Part shown: one piece after another, positions 1 through 12,470 of the stretch
Layout: the number at the start of each line of letters is the position of its first letter
Position numbering within the stretch: the stretch's first letter is position 1
NCBI RefSeq assembly: GCF_006345805.1
Contig: NC_043002.1
Span: 108,128,001 to 108,192,000 of the forward strand
DNA length: 64,000 nt
Source: Octopus sinensis
Lineage: Eukaryota
Direction: 5' to 3'
Notes under the pieces: generated by a model
Database searches by the model: none
What the model saw: the letters and a program-made list of their open reading frames with translations, nothing else
Told to the model about the DNA's origin: nothing
Position numbers and translations under genes: made by a program

Positions 1-123
1 CAAGGCATTGGTCGGCCCGGGGCTATAGCAGAAGACACTTGCCCAAGATGCCACGCGGTGGGACTGAACCCAGAACCATGTGGTTGGTTAGCAAGCTACT
101 TACCACACAGCCACTCCTGTGCC
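1..123 (-). mobile_element. tRNA-derived SINE family A (CORE-like segment), partial
   Basis: head ggagtggctgtgtggtaagtagc...gggttcagtccc on the minus strand; shared with about 12 copies. Confidence 0.85.
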
Positions 124-415
124 TATATATATAAGTCAAATAGTTTTAATCCCGTGTTGAGATTTCATCAGTGACAGGGTAGCCTCATTAGCTCTCAAGG
201 GAGATACTACTTATAAGCTTACTATCAGCCTACACTTAAAGAATGGACTAAAATTTATAGATACATTTTGCAGCACAGCAGGGCATTAGGACAAAACATT
301 GTTAATGCACCAGTAATTTACTAATCAAACTACTGGCTGAGAATGCATTACATATACAAATTGATCAACAAGATTCCCTGAAGCCTTTAGCAATTCTAGG
401 CTTATTAGTGGTATC

Positions 416-826
416 TCTCTTTTACTCTTTACTCTTTTACTTGTTTCAGTCATTTGCCTGCGGCCATGCTGGAGCACCGCCTTTAGTCGAGCAAATCGAC
501 CCCGGGACTTATTCTTTGTAAGCCCAGTACTTATTCTATCGGTCTCTTTTGCCGAACCGCTAAGCAACGGGGACATAAACACACACCAGCATTGGTTGTC
601 AAGCAATGCTAGGGGGACAAACACAGACACACAAACACATACATATATATATATACATATATACGACAGGCTTCTTTCAGTTTCCGTCTACCAAATCCAC
701 TCACAAGGCATTGGTCAGCCTGGGGCTATAGCAGAAGACACTTGCCCAAGATGCCACACAGTGGGACTGAACCCGGGACCATGTGGTTGGTAAGCAAGCT
801 ACTTACCACACAGCCACTCCTGCGCC
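416..826 (-). mobile_element. SINE family A, full length
   Basis: head to (GTAAAAGA)n tail; internal (TA)/(TG) tract. Confidence 0.9.
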
Positions 827-1689
827 TTTGTGAATAGTTGAAAAGGATACTCAGTTGCTGGAGAAATCCTGCTACAAGATTAGAATTAGTCTGATTGATC
901 CCCATTTTTCTGTCCACAAAATTACTAGCATCTAATATTCCCAGTGACTCATGGGATCATAAGATGCTTTTCACCCTTCTTGGGTTTTGTTAAAAATATG
1001 TGCCCATTTCTCACATGCTTTAACAAAATTTGTGCAATTGATACACGAGAAACAGTGAATACTACATGACTGACATTATGAAATGCCTACCAGGCTGTTA
1101 AAAAATTCAGTGAATGCAATTGAAACAGTATTATATATATATATAAGGCTAATATTGGTAAAATGAGACATACTTATCTACATGGCCGAAACAGCTGTAA
1201 GATGTAATCTATACTTATATTTATATTCTCTTTTTTATATATATTCTACTTATTATACAACATTACTCTTTTATGTACACTTTTTTATATGCATTCCTTT
1301 ATGTACACTGATTTGTTCTGCTTTTTTATGTTTAACCCTACAGTCTCTTATGTGGTGGTTTAATAAAGTATGTGATTGAGTATTATCTGGTAATTAATAT
1401 TTGATTTAGATGTATTTCTCCATTTTCTTATCTTGTGTATATATATATATATATATTATACACATACATACACACTGTAAAATGACTGGCTATGGCTTTT
1501 GGGCAAGGCAAAAATCACTTCACAAACCTGTAGTTTTTAATAAAACATGTCTTACAAAGAGATATTCTCTCTGAGAGAAACTGCAAAAGCAAACCTTTCT
1601 ATGGTGTATATACACACAGTATGATACACAGATATATACTATATGTATATATATAAATATATATATATATATCATCATGATCATGATCA

Positions 1690-1732
<43 letters not shown>

Positions 1733-1835
1733 TATTTATTAATTTGTGTTGCAAGATTCCTGATGTGAAACCATGTGTTGAAACAGATATTGTTGTATTT
1801 TGGGATGGTGATTTTTTTTTTTTGCCAAATAAACA

Positions 1836-2104
1836 CACGCACCATATATTCGTTCTTCACTTGTTTATTACCGTTCCTATTCTAACTCATGTCCATTGTC
1901 CAGAAATCTTTCGTCACACATTTGTGACCTCCTCAGATGACATCATAGCAGAACAGAATGGAATAAACAGAGCAAGAGCACACACGAAGAGAGAAAGTGT
2001 TGCTGAGGAGGTTACAGATGTGTGACGAAAGATTCCCGGACAATGAACATGAGCAAGAATAACAACATTTATAAAGAAATGAATGAATATACAGTGCGAC
2101 CATC
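1836..2104. repeat. Inverted repeat, ~100-bp arms
   Basis: cattgtccagaaatctttcgtcacaca / tgtgtgacgaaagattcccggacaatg. Confidence 0.8.
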
Positions 2105-2115
2105 CTGAAATACAG

Positions 2116-2192
<77 letters not shown>

Positions 2193-2288
2193 CAATATCA
2201 GGGTAGCAAAAAATTCAAGAGAAATTTTTTTGCCACCAGCGGTCCAGTGAGAAAGAAATAGTAGTCAACAGACTATATAATGTACATT

Positions 2289-2535
2289 CAACAATATTAA
2301 GGAATGGCCTTGATAGGCCATTCGACCCACTAGAAAGAGCAGCTAAACTCAACCGCTAAGTAGTTGTAATTCAGAAACCAAAATGTATGTCGAAACTATG
2401 CATAGTCCAAAGATGATAAGGGTAAATGTTTTTATTTTCCTTTGGTTTCTGAATTACAACTACTTAGCGGTTTGAGTTTAGCTGCTCTTTCTAGTGGGTC
2501 AATTGGCCTATCAAGGCCATTCCTTAATATTGTTG
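2289..2535. repeat. Near-perfect inverted repeat, ~94-bp arms
   Basis: caacaatattaaggaatggcc...cagaaaccaaa / tttggtttctg...ggccattccttaatattgttg. Confidence 0.9.
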
Positions 2536-2544
2536 TTATATATA

Positions 2545-2582
<38 letters not shown>

Positions 2583-2725
2583 TACATACAAAGGATGGGG
2601 GTTTAGTTTGCAGGTGATCTAAACGACTAGGTATGCTAGGTAAGTGCTGTAACGGATTACTAGGGCTCCAAGGTTAGAGCTGTGACGGTAGTTATGGAGC
2701 CATTGCAGATTTCCGATATAGTGGA

Positions 2726-2945
2726 TATATAATTGTTAAAGAGGACAACAAATGCTGAAGCAAGGCAAAAATCTCAAGTTATATACATTATTATTATTAC
2801 TGGAAAAAAATTCAAAGCCTTACAGCTGTTTCTGGGATATCCCAGAAACAGCTGTAAGACTGAATTTTTTGCAATAATAATAATGTATATGACTTGAGAT
2901 GTTTGCCTTGCTTCAGCATTTGTTGTCCTCTTTAACAAGTATATA
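2726..2945. repeat. Spacer-less palindrome (MITE-like)
   Basis: centre cagctgtttctgggat|atcccagaaacagctg at 2838/2839; ends gttaaagaggac / gtcctctttaac. Confidence 0.9.
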
Positions 2946-3650
2946 TACACACACACATATGAGGGAGAGAGAGAGAGAGCTAAAGAATTCAGTGAGTAGT
3001 TATATCTGTGTTATACAATCAGCTTTGTGCAGCTATGGCAATGTGTGTGACTGCGGGAGCTGTATATAGTTGTGTGTATGCTTAATAGAGAAGAATGTGA
3101 ACTAATTGTTAAGGAATAGATAAACTTACAATCCTTGAAAAACCTGGATCAGACTGAAAGAAAAATATTAAATGCCATACAACAATTTATTTTGCCCTTT
3201 ATTCAACCAAACGTATCATTTCTGTTTAGAAATTTACGGAAAATATTTTAAATACATTTATAGACATTTGTAAGTAAAAGGTCTCATGCTGACATAGGTT
3301 ATCTTGTTTGAGTATGAATGATAAAACAACAGTTGATTGAGACAACAGCATTGGTGATTGTTGTTCAAGACAGACATCTTTTGAAGGTGGTACATGCATC
3401 TTCACCTCCTTTGTATAATGTCTTTAACTGGAGACATGCTGAAGAAGAGTTAGATTAGAGACAGAGAGGGAGAGGGAGAAAGGTAATGAGACACTGAGTG
3501 ATAGAATAACAGAGAGTATGGATGTGTATGAACCGACAAGCATATTTGAAGAGAAGGGTTAGTGTTGAGAAAATAGACAAAAGAAAAACATCCGTGGGAC
3601 GAGAGAGAGAGAAAGAAAGGTGATGAGACATTGAGAGAGTATGTGTGTGT

Positions 3651-4055
3651 AGGAGTGGCTGTGTGGTAAGTAGCTTGCTAACCAACCACATGGTTCCGGG
3701 TTCAGTCCCACTGCGTGGCATCTTGGGCAAGTGTCTTCTGCTATGGCCCCGGGCCGACCAATGCCTTGTGAGTGGATTTGGTAGACGGAAACTGAAAGAA
3801 GCCTGTCGTATATATGTATATATATATATGTATGTGTGTGTATGTGTTTGTGTGTCTGTGTTTGTCCCCCTAGCATTGCTTGACAACCGATGCTGGTGTG
3901 TTTACGTCCTCGTCACTTAGCGGTTCGGCAAAAGAGACCGATAGAATAAGTACTGGGCTTACAAAAAGAATAAGTCCCGGGGTCGATTTGCTCGACTAAA
4001 GGCGGTGCTCCAGCATGGCCGCAGTCAAATGACTGAAACAAGTAAAAGAGTAAAA
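3651..4055 (+). mobile_element. SINE family A, full length with TSD
   Basis: TSD agagagtatgtgt at 3634-3646 and 4055-4067. Confidence 0.9.
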
Positions 4056-4293
4056 GAGAGTATGTGTATGAACCGACAAGCATATTTGAAGAGAAGGGTT
4101 AGTGTTGAGAAAGTAGACAAAAAAAAAACATCTGTGGGATTAGAGAGAGAGAGAGAGAGAGACTGATAGGTGGTCACAGATTCTATTAACAGAAAGATCT
4201 TGGACTAGTGAGAAGGCAAAGAGCCGATGCAAAGGTCAAGCTGGAGGTTAGTAAGAAAGTTGGTTGAAAGAACTCATTATTGTCATTTCTTGC

Positions 4294-4356
4294 CTTGTCA
4301 TCCTCAGATTCGGTGCCTTCCGTATCATTCCATTGTTTGTTGTCACTAGGAAATAT
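4294..4356 (-). CDS. PLEKHG1: Tentative acidic exon (IFPSDNKQWNDTEGTESEDDK), probable GC donor
   Basis: very strong acceptor tttttcttcctccccatctcctgtag|ATA; open in phase 0; best donor AAG|gcaaga; 3' boundary uncertain. Confidence 0.5.
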
Positions 4357-4559
4357 CTACAGGAGATGGGGAGGAAGAAAACAAAAGACATAAAAAAAAT
4401 ATAGAAACAAATGATGTCGTTACTGAATGGAATTTGACCTCTGTTAATATGCAACACTGAAATAGCCACATACTACAATCTAGAACCACATGGTCATAAT
4501 ATACACACACACACATACATACACATTTATATATATATATATATAAACAAAATAAAAGA

Positions 4560-4864
4560 CAGTTCTATATTTAAGAGATGAGGAATTATGTACATTATTT
4601 ACATTTGACGGATATTTGTCCCTCATCTTGTTTGTTGTTAACACAACATTTCGGCTGATATACCCTCCAGCCTTCATCAGGTGTCTTGGGGACATTTCAA
4701 ACCTGGGTTCTCATTCCTAAGGTATTTTTTAATATTATTATTATTATTATTATTATAATAATTATTATATGAACCACTATGCCATATGCCCATGGGCACA
4801 TGACATAGTGGCTAAGAGCGCGAGCTACTAACCCCAGGATTCTGAGTTCAATTCCAGGCAGCGA

Positions 4865-4906
<42 letters not shown>

Positions 4907-5020
4907 AAAATACCTTAGGAATGAGAACCAAAGGTTCAAAATTTCCTCCAAAACCCCTGATGAAGGCTGGAGGGTATACCAGCCAAAACATTCTGTTAGC
5001 AACAAACAAGATGAGAACAA
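4560..5020. mobile_element. Hammerhead-bearing tRNA-headed SINE-like element, divergent inverted pair (locus 1)
   Basis: minus copy 4560-4791 and plus copy 4794-5020 joined at gccatatgcccatgggcacatg; plus copy has A/B-box head, (AAT)n and hammerhead-like tail. Confidence 0.8.
4640..4685 (-). ncRNA. Minimal type-I hammerhead ribozyme motif
   Basis: minus strand reads GACAC CUGAUGA A GGCUG gagggUAUAU CAGCC GAAA UGU U GUGUU. Confidence 0.65.
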
Positions 5021-6726
5021 ATGTGCCAAACAGATGGATTAAGCTAAGAGATAGCATTGAGGTTTTGCATGTTCATCAGACTTGAGGCCAGTGAATAATT
5101 TTTGATAGAGAAACTGAAGAGATAAGATTTATCATGTAAAATTGGCAACAATCAATAACATGAAAGCGACCATTTGAAGGACTGCAACCATACACCAACC
5201 GAAATTCGCAGTTCCATTGGTCTGTGTAGTCAGTGTCACTTTGAACACTTGCTATAATTCAAAATGCTGACATATCTATTTTCTTTACTCAATTTGAAAA
5301 ATAAAAAATATATATATATGTGGAGGCGCAATGGCCTAGTGGTTAGGGCAGCGGACTCGCGGTCGCAGGATCGCGGTTTCGATTCTCAGACCGGGCGTTG
5401 TGTGTGTTTATTGAGCGAAAACACCTAAAAGCTCTACGAGGCTCCGGCAGGGGGTGGTGATCCCTGCTGTACTCTTTCACCACAATGGCGGTGCCCCAGC
5501 ATGGCCACAGCTCAAGAGCTGAAACTGGAAAAACAAAAACAAAAAACAAAATGTATGCCTCACTGGATCAAGTACTCTTAAGTTGATCTTAAACAACAAG
5601 AAGACAGTAATCTCTCTCTTCCTCTCTACATATTTTAACACAATTTTTGTAAACAGCAATGAATTACAAAACTTTTACGTAATTATAATTTCAGGTGTTC
5701 TGACATTGAAAAGGAGCAGCTACAACCATGAATTAAAAGTTGTTGCAGTCTTAGTTTGGAGACAATATGAAACCATTCCTGACCACACACAAGAGGGCTA
5801 ACTAAAGTTAGTCTAGTTGATGGATATCACAGTTTGTTATATACAACTAAGACCTGAATTTCAAAGCAAATGTCAACAATTTTAACTCCTCGATACCCAA
5901 GTCTACCAAGCTATTAAAATAGCAATATTGTTTCATTCATATATCAATGAGAAATTCAACAAACCATTTCAACAGAAATACCTTGTGGTATTTAGTCTGC
6001 CTGCATTGTCAATTTCATTATTAGAAATGTACTGAACCAGTGATAATTAGCCTGTTGGAAATATATAACCAACAATGGCAACGTCCACAAAATGCACAAT
6101 GAAGGATTACACCAATTTTACTTACTTCAAATTTACTCATGCAGATGAAGCCTTAAAATGGTGTCCCTACAACCGAATGAGTCACAAGACTCCCTTTATG
6201 CTATAAATAAATAAATATATTACACATGGTAGAAAAGGGACATGCATACACAATCATACAATTACAGATATCAGGGTAAAGCACACATAACTGTCATATG
6301 CAAAGCAATTAAGAATCATTCAATTACTTTCATACAGAAACAGGAATAACAAAAATATTGTCAGACAATAACTAAGATTATCAAAGCATGACACACATAG
6401 GTTTCTCACAGCAAACAAGATGGTTTAGATTAATGATGTCTATATATGATGAGACCTATTTTCCGTCAGTGAATATAAACTGATAAAAACAGAAGCATGA
6501 GAAATATCGCAGCCAATTAAAAATGAGAGTTTACATCACAACTAATGCTGAACAAGGCTAATAAATTGAAATATTTAAAAAGAGTTGCCAAGGCATAACA
6601 AGACATGTTAAGAGAAAGGAAGAAGGGTTAGGGATGCAGCAGAAGATGAAATGGTTACTGAAGTATGAAGGATTTGAAATTCTATTTGCTGTAGTTGTCA
6701 GTGTAAGCAATAATATTAACATGGGA

Positions 6727-7110
6727 TGGAAGCACTCCGTCGGTTACGACGATGAGGGTTCCAGTTGATCCGAATCAACGGAACAGCCTGCTCATGAAAT
6801 TAACGTGTAAGTGGCTGAGCACTCCACAGCCACGTGTACCCTTAACGTAGTTCTCGGGGATATTCAGCGTGACACAGAGAGTGACAAGGCCGGCCCCTTG
6901 AAATACAGGTACAACAGAAACAGGAAGTAAGAGTGAGAGAAAGTTGTGGTAAAAGAGTACAGCAGGGATCACCACCATCCCCTGCCGGAGCCTCGTGGAG
7001 CTTTTAGGTGTTTTCGCTCAATAAACACTCACAACGCCCGGTCTAGGAATCGAAACCGCGATCCTATGACCGCGAGTCCGCTGCCCTAACCACTGGGCCA
7101 TTGCGCCTCC
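6727..7110 (-). mobile_element. tRNA-derived SINE family B with TSD
   Basis: head ggaggcgcaatggcccagtggttagggcagcggactcgcgg; TSD aatattaaca. Confidence 0.9.
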
Positions 7111-8355
7111 AATATTAACAACCAGAAAGATTAAAGGCATACATTTAAGGCTTGTTTCCAATCAGTTTAAACCCTGTGTTTATGCGTTTGTTTCCGTGTA
7201 TGACATCTATATATGTATATACGAGGGTTTAGAAATTTCTGATTTGGCACCCAAGTAACAGAGGTGGGGGGGGGGGTTGGACTCTGAACCATAGTGAAGG
7301 CAATTAACCCAGGAGATGAAGGACTCTTAATAGAAGAGCTTGAAGTTGTTTAATGAGTTTGTGGCAAGCTATTAGCATTTCCAGAAAGTGTGGAAAGCCT
7401 TGACCACTGAAAAACAATTTGTGTAGGTTTCTTGGCAGCTTCATTGTAGGACCATTTTACATTTGAGATTCCAGAGAATCCACTATATAAATTATAGCGA
7501 CACAATTTTGTGCAATAAGTAGCCTTTTGTTACTTCCCCTCAGCACATTGGGAGGGAAATATGAATGAACCCTAACGAGTTAAGTAACAACGAAACTGTC
7601 TAATCTTCATCTAGGATCAACGACAAGAGAACCCCCATGGGCTTGATTTCATAGCATGACTCAATTCATATGGATATGGTTGTATATATGTATGTACTCA
7701 TTATATATCCAGTAAACAGGTGAAGTGGTGAAACAGTGGATTCATGGAAAATTGAGCCTGTGACTCAGTTATATCATAAATTACATTTTAGAACCTTAAT
7801 TTCTGGTTCCTAGATTTTAACAAAGAGGAAAATGTGTTGTTTTATGTTTGTAAGAATGAATAAGAACTGCAAGGATCATAGAGGAAGATAAGAAAGAGTT
7901 GAGGAATGTCATTGCCAGATGTATGAGCAGTGTAGAGGTTTTGCCTGTAGTTTGATTAGAAGAAAGGAAAATGTATAAAGTTGGCAAGGATGAGGTTAGA
8001 ACCCTCAACCCCAGTTGGAGAAAAAGAAAGTTCTTCAGCAGCATGCAAAAATTAAAACATTTTTATTCTTCATAATTTTCTTGCATAGATTTTAAACAAA
8101 TGTCATTCTTTATTGAGTTATATTTCAAGATGAAACTAAAACCAATTTTTATCATAGTTCACAAGTCATATAAAAGGTTTTTCCACAAATAATATTACTG
8201 GGTTTTTTCACTGGGAATTTTGGTTATTTTGTCTCCGTATATCTGGATCTTGTCAAAGGAATTGCTTCCTATACAACTTGTTTTATCACACAGTATGTAT
8301 GGATGCATGTTTGCACACATACAAACACACACATACATGTATATATGTATGCAGA

Positions 8356-8585
8356 AGGCGGCGAACTGGCAGAAATGTTAGCACGTCGGGCGAAATGCGT
8401 AGCCGTATTTCGTCTGCCGTTATGTTCTGAGTTCAAATTCCGCCGAGGTCGACTTTGCCTTTCATCCTTTCGGGGTCGATAAATTAAGTACCAGTTGCAC
8501 ACTGGGGTCGATGTAATCGACTTAATCCGTTTGTCTGTCTTTGTTTGTCCTCTCTGTGTTTAGCCCCTTGTGGGTAGTAAAGAAA
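8356..8585 (+). mobile_element. tRNA-derived SINE family C (others ~18142-18375, 21386-21560, 21640-21845, 28770-28935, 39145-39385, 44020-44210, 46145-46375, 54650-54850, 61455-61650)
   Basis: ggcggcgagctggcagaa...gagttcaaattcc head; conserved gcctttcatcctttcggggtcgat...aagtaccag domain; aaagaaata tail. Confidence 0.85.
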
Positions 8586-10374
8586 TATATATGTATGCAG
8601 AAGGCATAGTTTATTTGTATCAAACATGTAATACATCCACAACTCAGTGAGAAATTACAATGAATGAGGTTTATTTTAATGCAGGAGAAACAAACAAGTC
8701 ATAAAAACTGATACAACATCAGTTGCGTGCCAACAGTTTCTGAGAATATCTACAAGTGATTGGATATCTGGCTTTTCTTTTTTATAATATTTGATACAAG
8801 TCTGTCTCAGTATAAATTTAGAATGTCCTGCTTTTAATAGATAAGCTAATATAAGCGTATAGCAACAAAACTCTCTGTATGCAAGTTTTTACAACATTAA
8901 AATATTCCTAGCATTCAGACATAATGTATTGCTCACGTCTGTAATGAACAATTTCTCAATGGAGCCATTATCATTCCTATAAGATAATAAAAATGTTAGA
9001 AGCAATACAATACTTACACAGCCATCTTTTTAATCTTACATTCACAGTAGAATTTAATGGTTTTAAACAAACATTTATCCATTTAAAAAAAAAAGGAAAT
9101 ATTTTCAACATGCTATATGATAAATGCAATTATTCAAAGTCATAGATGCATTACAATGCATGCTATGAAAGTGCATTCAATGCATGCTATGAAAAATGCA
9201 CATGTATACACACACACATCATCATCATCATCATTTTCATTTGCCATGCAGGTATGTGTTGATAAATCTCTAGGTCCCACACCATTTTGCCATCTTTCAG
9301 TTCCTCATCATTTGACAAACATAGCAACGCGTAGTTGCCAATCTTTGGTTTTGTACAAATCATGTTTGTCTTTTTTTTGTTCTTATGGCAAGTTGCCTTC
9401 TTCCGTCACTAATCCTTTCACATGACTTAGGGGCATTTAACCATGCCCCTTCCGCCCCTTCCCCACACAGGATAGAACTGAAGCAGGACATAAGACTCCC
9501 CTCAATCAGTTTATATTCAAGGTTACTGCTCTCATACACAAGCTTTATGAGATGCAGCTTACAAGAATTCACATCTTCTCTCTTCACTCCTTTATGTGAT
9601 CATATAAATGCATGTACCTGCACACACACACATGCACACACATACACACACACACACACATCTTACTACTTAGCACAAAACAGAAACAAACCCTAATATA
9701 AACAAAACCATAATCCCACCCATAAATACTCACCAAAACACAATTTGTACTATAAACCTTTGCCCCGATATTATATTGCTAGCAATGCATAAAAGTATAT
9801 AAGAGTATTATAATGATACAACAGTGCTTTCTGATGTAAGTAATGCCCTTTAAAGGAAGGGAGTGACAAAGCGAAGAAAGATGCTCACAGCCTTTCTATG
9901 ATGTTTCGTGTTAATGAAGGGAAACAGAAATGAAACAGAATCTATTTACATATTTGGTTTACCACCACACATAGACGAGATCACTTTCTGTCATATTACT
10001 AAAACAAAATTCATACACACACACACAGACATGCACACACTACACATATGCACTCATATGTAAAAATATATAAAAGGTATATACTTATTAAAGTAAAGTG
10101 AAGTGAGGCAGAGGCTTCACTCAAAGTTTTCTAGTTTTCACTCTTCACACACTCAGATTCATGTACAGACAGACAGACAGAGAGAGAGAGATACAAGGTG
10201 CACAACTGAAATACTAAAATTCATTAACTGTAAATTTTTAGTGAAGTGCAAGATTGGTTTGCTCAGAGTCTTATGGAACAGTGCTCTATTCTTCTATGTG
10301 GCAGGATCCATAAGTGGAATGTAGGTTTTCTGGACAATTATGTTGACCAATGCAAAAGACTTGAGCTTATTATA

Positions 10375-10790
10375 CTCTCTTTTTACTCTTTTACTCTTTT
10401 ACTTGTTTCAGTCATTTGACTGCGGCCATGCTGGAGCACTGCCTTTAGTCGAGCAAATCGACCCCGGGACTTATTCTTTGTAAGCCCATTACTTATTCTA
10501 TCGGTTTCTTTGGCCGAACCGCTAAGTGACGGGGACGTAAACACACCAGCATGGGTTGTCAAGCAATGCTAGGGGGACAAACACAGACACACAAACACAC
10601 ACATATATATATATATATACATATATACAACAGGCTTCTTTCAGTTTCCGTCTACCAAATCCACTCACAAGGCATTGGTCAGCCCAGGGCAATAGCAGAA
10701 GACACTTGCCCAAGGTGCCATGCAGTGTGACTGAACCCGGAACCATGTGATTGGTAAGCAAGCTACTTACCACACAGCCACTCCTGCACC
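10375..10790 (-). mobile_element. SINE family A
   Basis: near-identical to 416-826. Confidence 0.9.
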
Positions 10791-10989
10791 TAGTATAATA
10801 CTTTAGAAAGAATAAAATGTTTTGACTGACACAACAATGCACTATAATACAAACAGTGGACTGTATTAACTTGTAATTTAGTTATCCATAGTCTGACTAT
10901 AGCAGTGACTCCATCAATTCCTAGGGATATCTGAAGAAGGAATTTTTCATTCCGAAATATCATATCAGACTATGGAGGATCAAATTACA

Positions 10990-11430
10990 ACTGTAACAAA
11001 CACCATCCGATCGTGGCCGTTGCCAGCCTCGCCTGGCCTCCATGCCGTTAGCACGTGAAAAGCACCATCCAAGCGTGGCCGTTTGCCAGCCTCGTCTGGC
11101 TCCTGTGTCGGTGGCACGTAACAAACACCATCCAATCGTGGCCGTTGCCAGCCTCGCCTGGCCTCCATGCCGTTGGCACGTAAAAAACACCATCCGAGCG
11201 TGGCCGTTCACCAGCCTCATCTGGCACCTGTGTCAGTGGCACGTAAAAAGCACCCACTACACTCACGGAGTGGTTGGCGTTAGGAAGGGCATCCAGCTGT
11301 AGAAACACTGCCAGATGTGACTGGCCTGGTGCAGCCTTCGAGCTTCCCAGACCCCAGTTGAACCGTCCAACCCATGCTAGCATGGAAAGCGGACATTAAA
11401 CGATGATGATGATGATGATGATGATGATGT
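10990..11430 (-). mobile_element. RTE 3'UTR fragment with internal ~62-bp tandem repeat
   Basis: matches the 3'UTR at 61915-62100; (GAT)n tail at 11402-11428. Confidence 0.8.
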
Positions 11431-12169
11431 TCTTATAGACCATTGTTTGTATTACTGTGCATTGTTGCGTCATTCAAAATATTTTATTCTTTACAAACAA
11501 AATACAATGCTTCAAGCAAACTACAATACTCTCTTAATACTTTAGATGTTATTCACAAGCGCTAGATCTAAGAAATAGCACTGCAATGTCCTTCGTGTTG
11601 CAGCCTGTCTCTTAGGCTTCTTAAAAGGAGACCTTTGAAGGTGGCTGATTTCTACTCAGGAAAGTTATGAGTCATCAGGAACACCTTGATGTTTTCCACA
11701 AACTTCTACATTTCACAATGATCTAAAAATGTACCGTTCCTACAGTCCCCATTTATCCTTTGAAAATAAGGTGTCAAAAATGGCTGGAAAATTATTATAA
11801 GTGTTGGAAGCAATGAATAGAAAATATTTTGACCCTCCCTTCCATAACAACCATCAATGTTAAGTTCTGAAATTCTACCCCCACCTCACCCCCATACACA
11901 TATCCTACAAAGGTAATTAAATACTTCTATCATAATCATCATCATCAATGTTGTTTAGCATCCAATTTTCCATTGCTGCAGGGGTCAGATGGAATTTGTT
12001 GAGGTAAGATTTTCTATGGCTGGATGTCCTTGCTGTTGCCAAACCTCACAAGCTGCAAGACATATTCAAATCTTTCCATCTCTGCCTCACCCTTCTAGCC
12101 ATTTGGTAATGCTTCTGAATACACAAATACACAATTTTTTATATATATATACATCTATAAGTCTGGTAC

Positions 12170-12470
12170 ATCATCATCATCATCATCATTGTTCGACCGT
12201 GGTCGAGACAATGGAATTTACTATGTTATGCCAGACTTTACGGTCCATCATAGCATTACGGAGGTCCTGTTGCTGGATGCCTGTATCCCTGGAGATTACA
12301 TCAGGGTAGGAGAGTGTGCGCCCTCTGGTATTGCGAGTAGATGGCTTCCAGAGGAGAAGAGTAGAGATTACCTCTTTTTCAGCTCTACAACAATGTCCAG
12401 CAAACTGGACTCTCTTACCTTTCACAAGAGATGACACAGGTGGTAGTTTCCCATATATTTGCATTTTGGT
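12170..12470 (-). mobile_element. 5'-truncated LINE 3' end (RTE-like, second family)
   Basis: ORF 12186-12464 RVQFAGHCCRAEKEVISTLLLWKP...EQ* followed by (TGA)n tail; second copy at 38074-38320. Confidence 0.8.

Noticed and set aside
325-917. ORF-track peptides such as MSSNARGTNTDTQT..., MVVIPAVLF..., MDGSTG... recurring across the window
   Set aside because: They are translations of SINE or RTE-UTR copies, recur with each repeat copy and have no splice or coding support.
4794-4866. SINE heads (also 57568, 60519 and families A, B, C) as functional tRNA genes
   Set aside because: Acceptor stems are poor, copies are divergent, and each is followed by a constant repeat body.
9010-9040. Strong GTAAGT donor on the minus strand near 9016 (also near 6125)
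   Set aside because: No adequate upstream acceptor or open phase-compatible frame.
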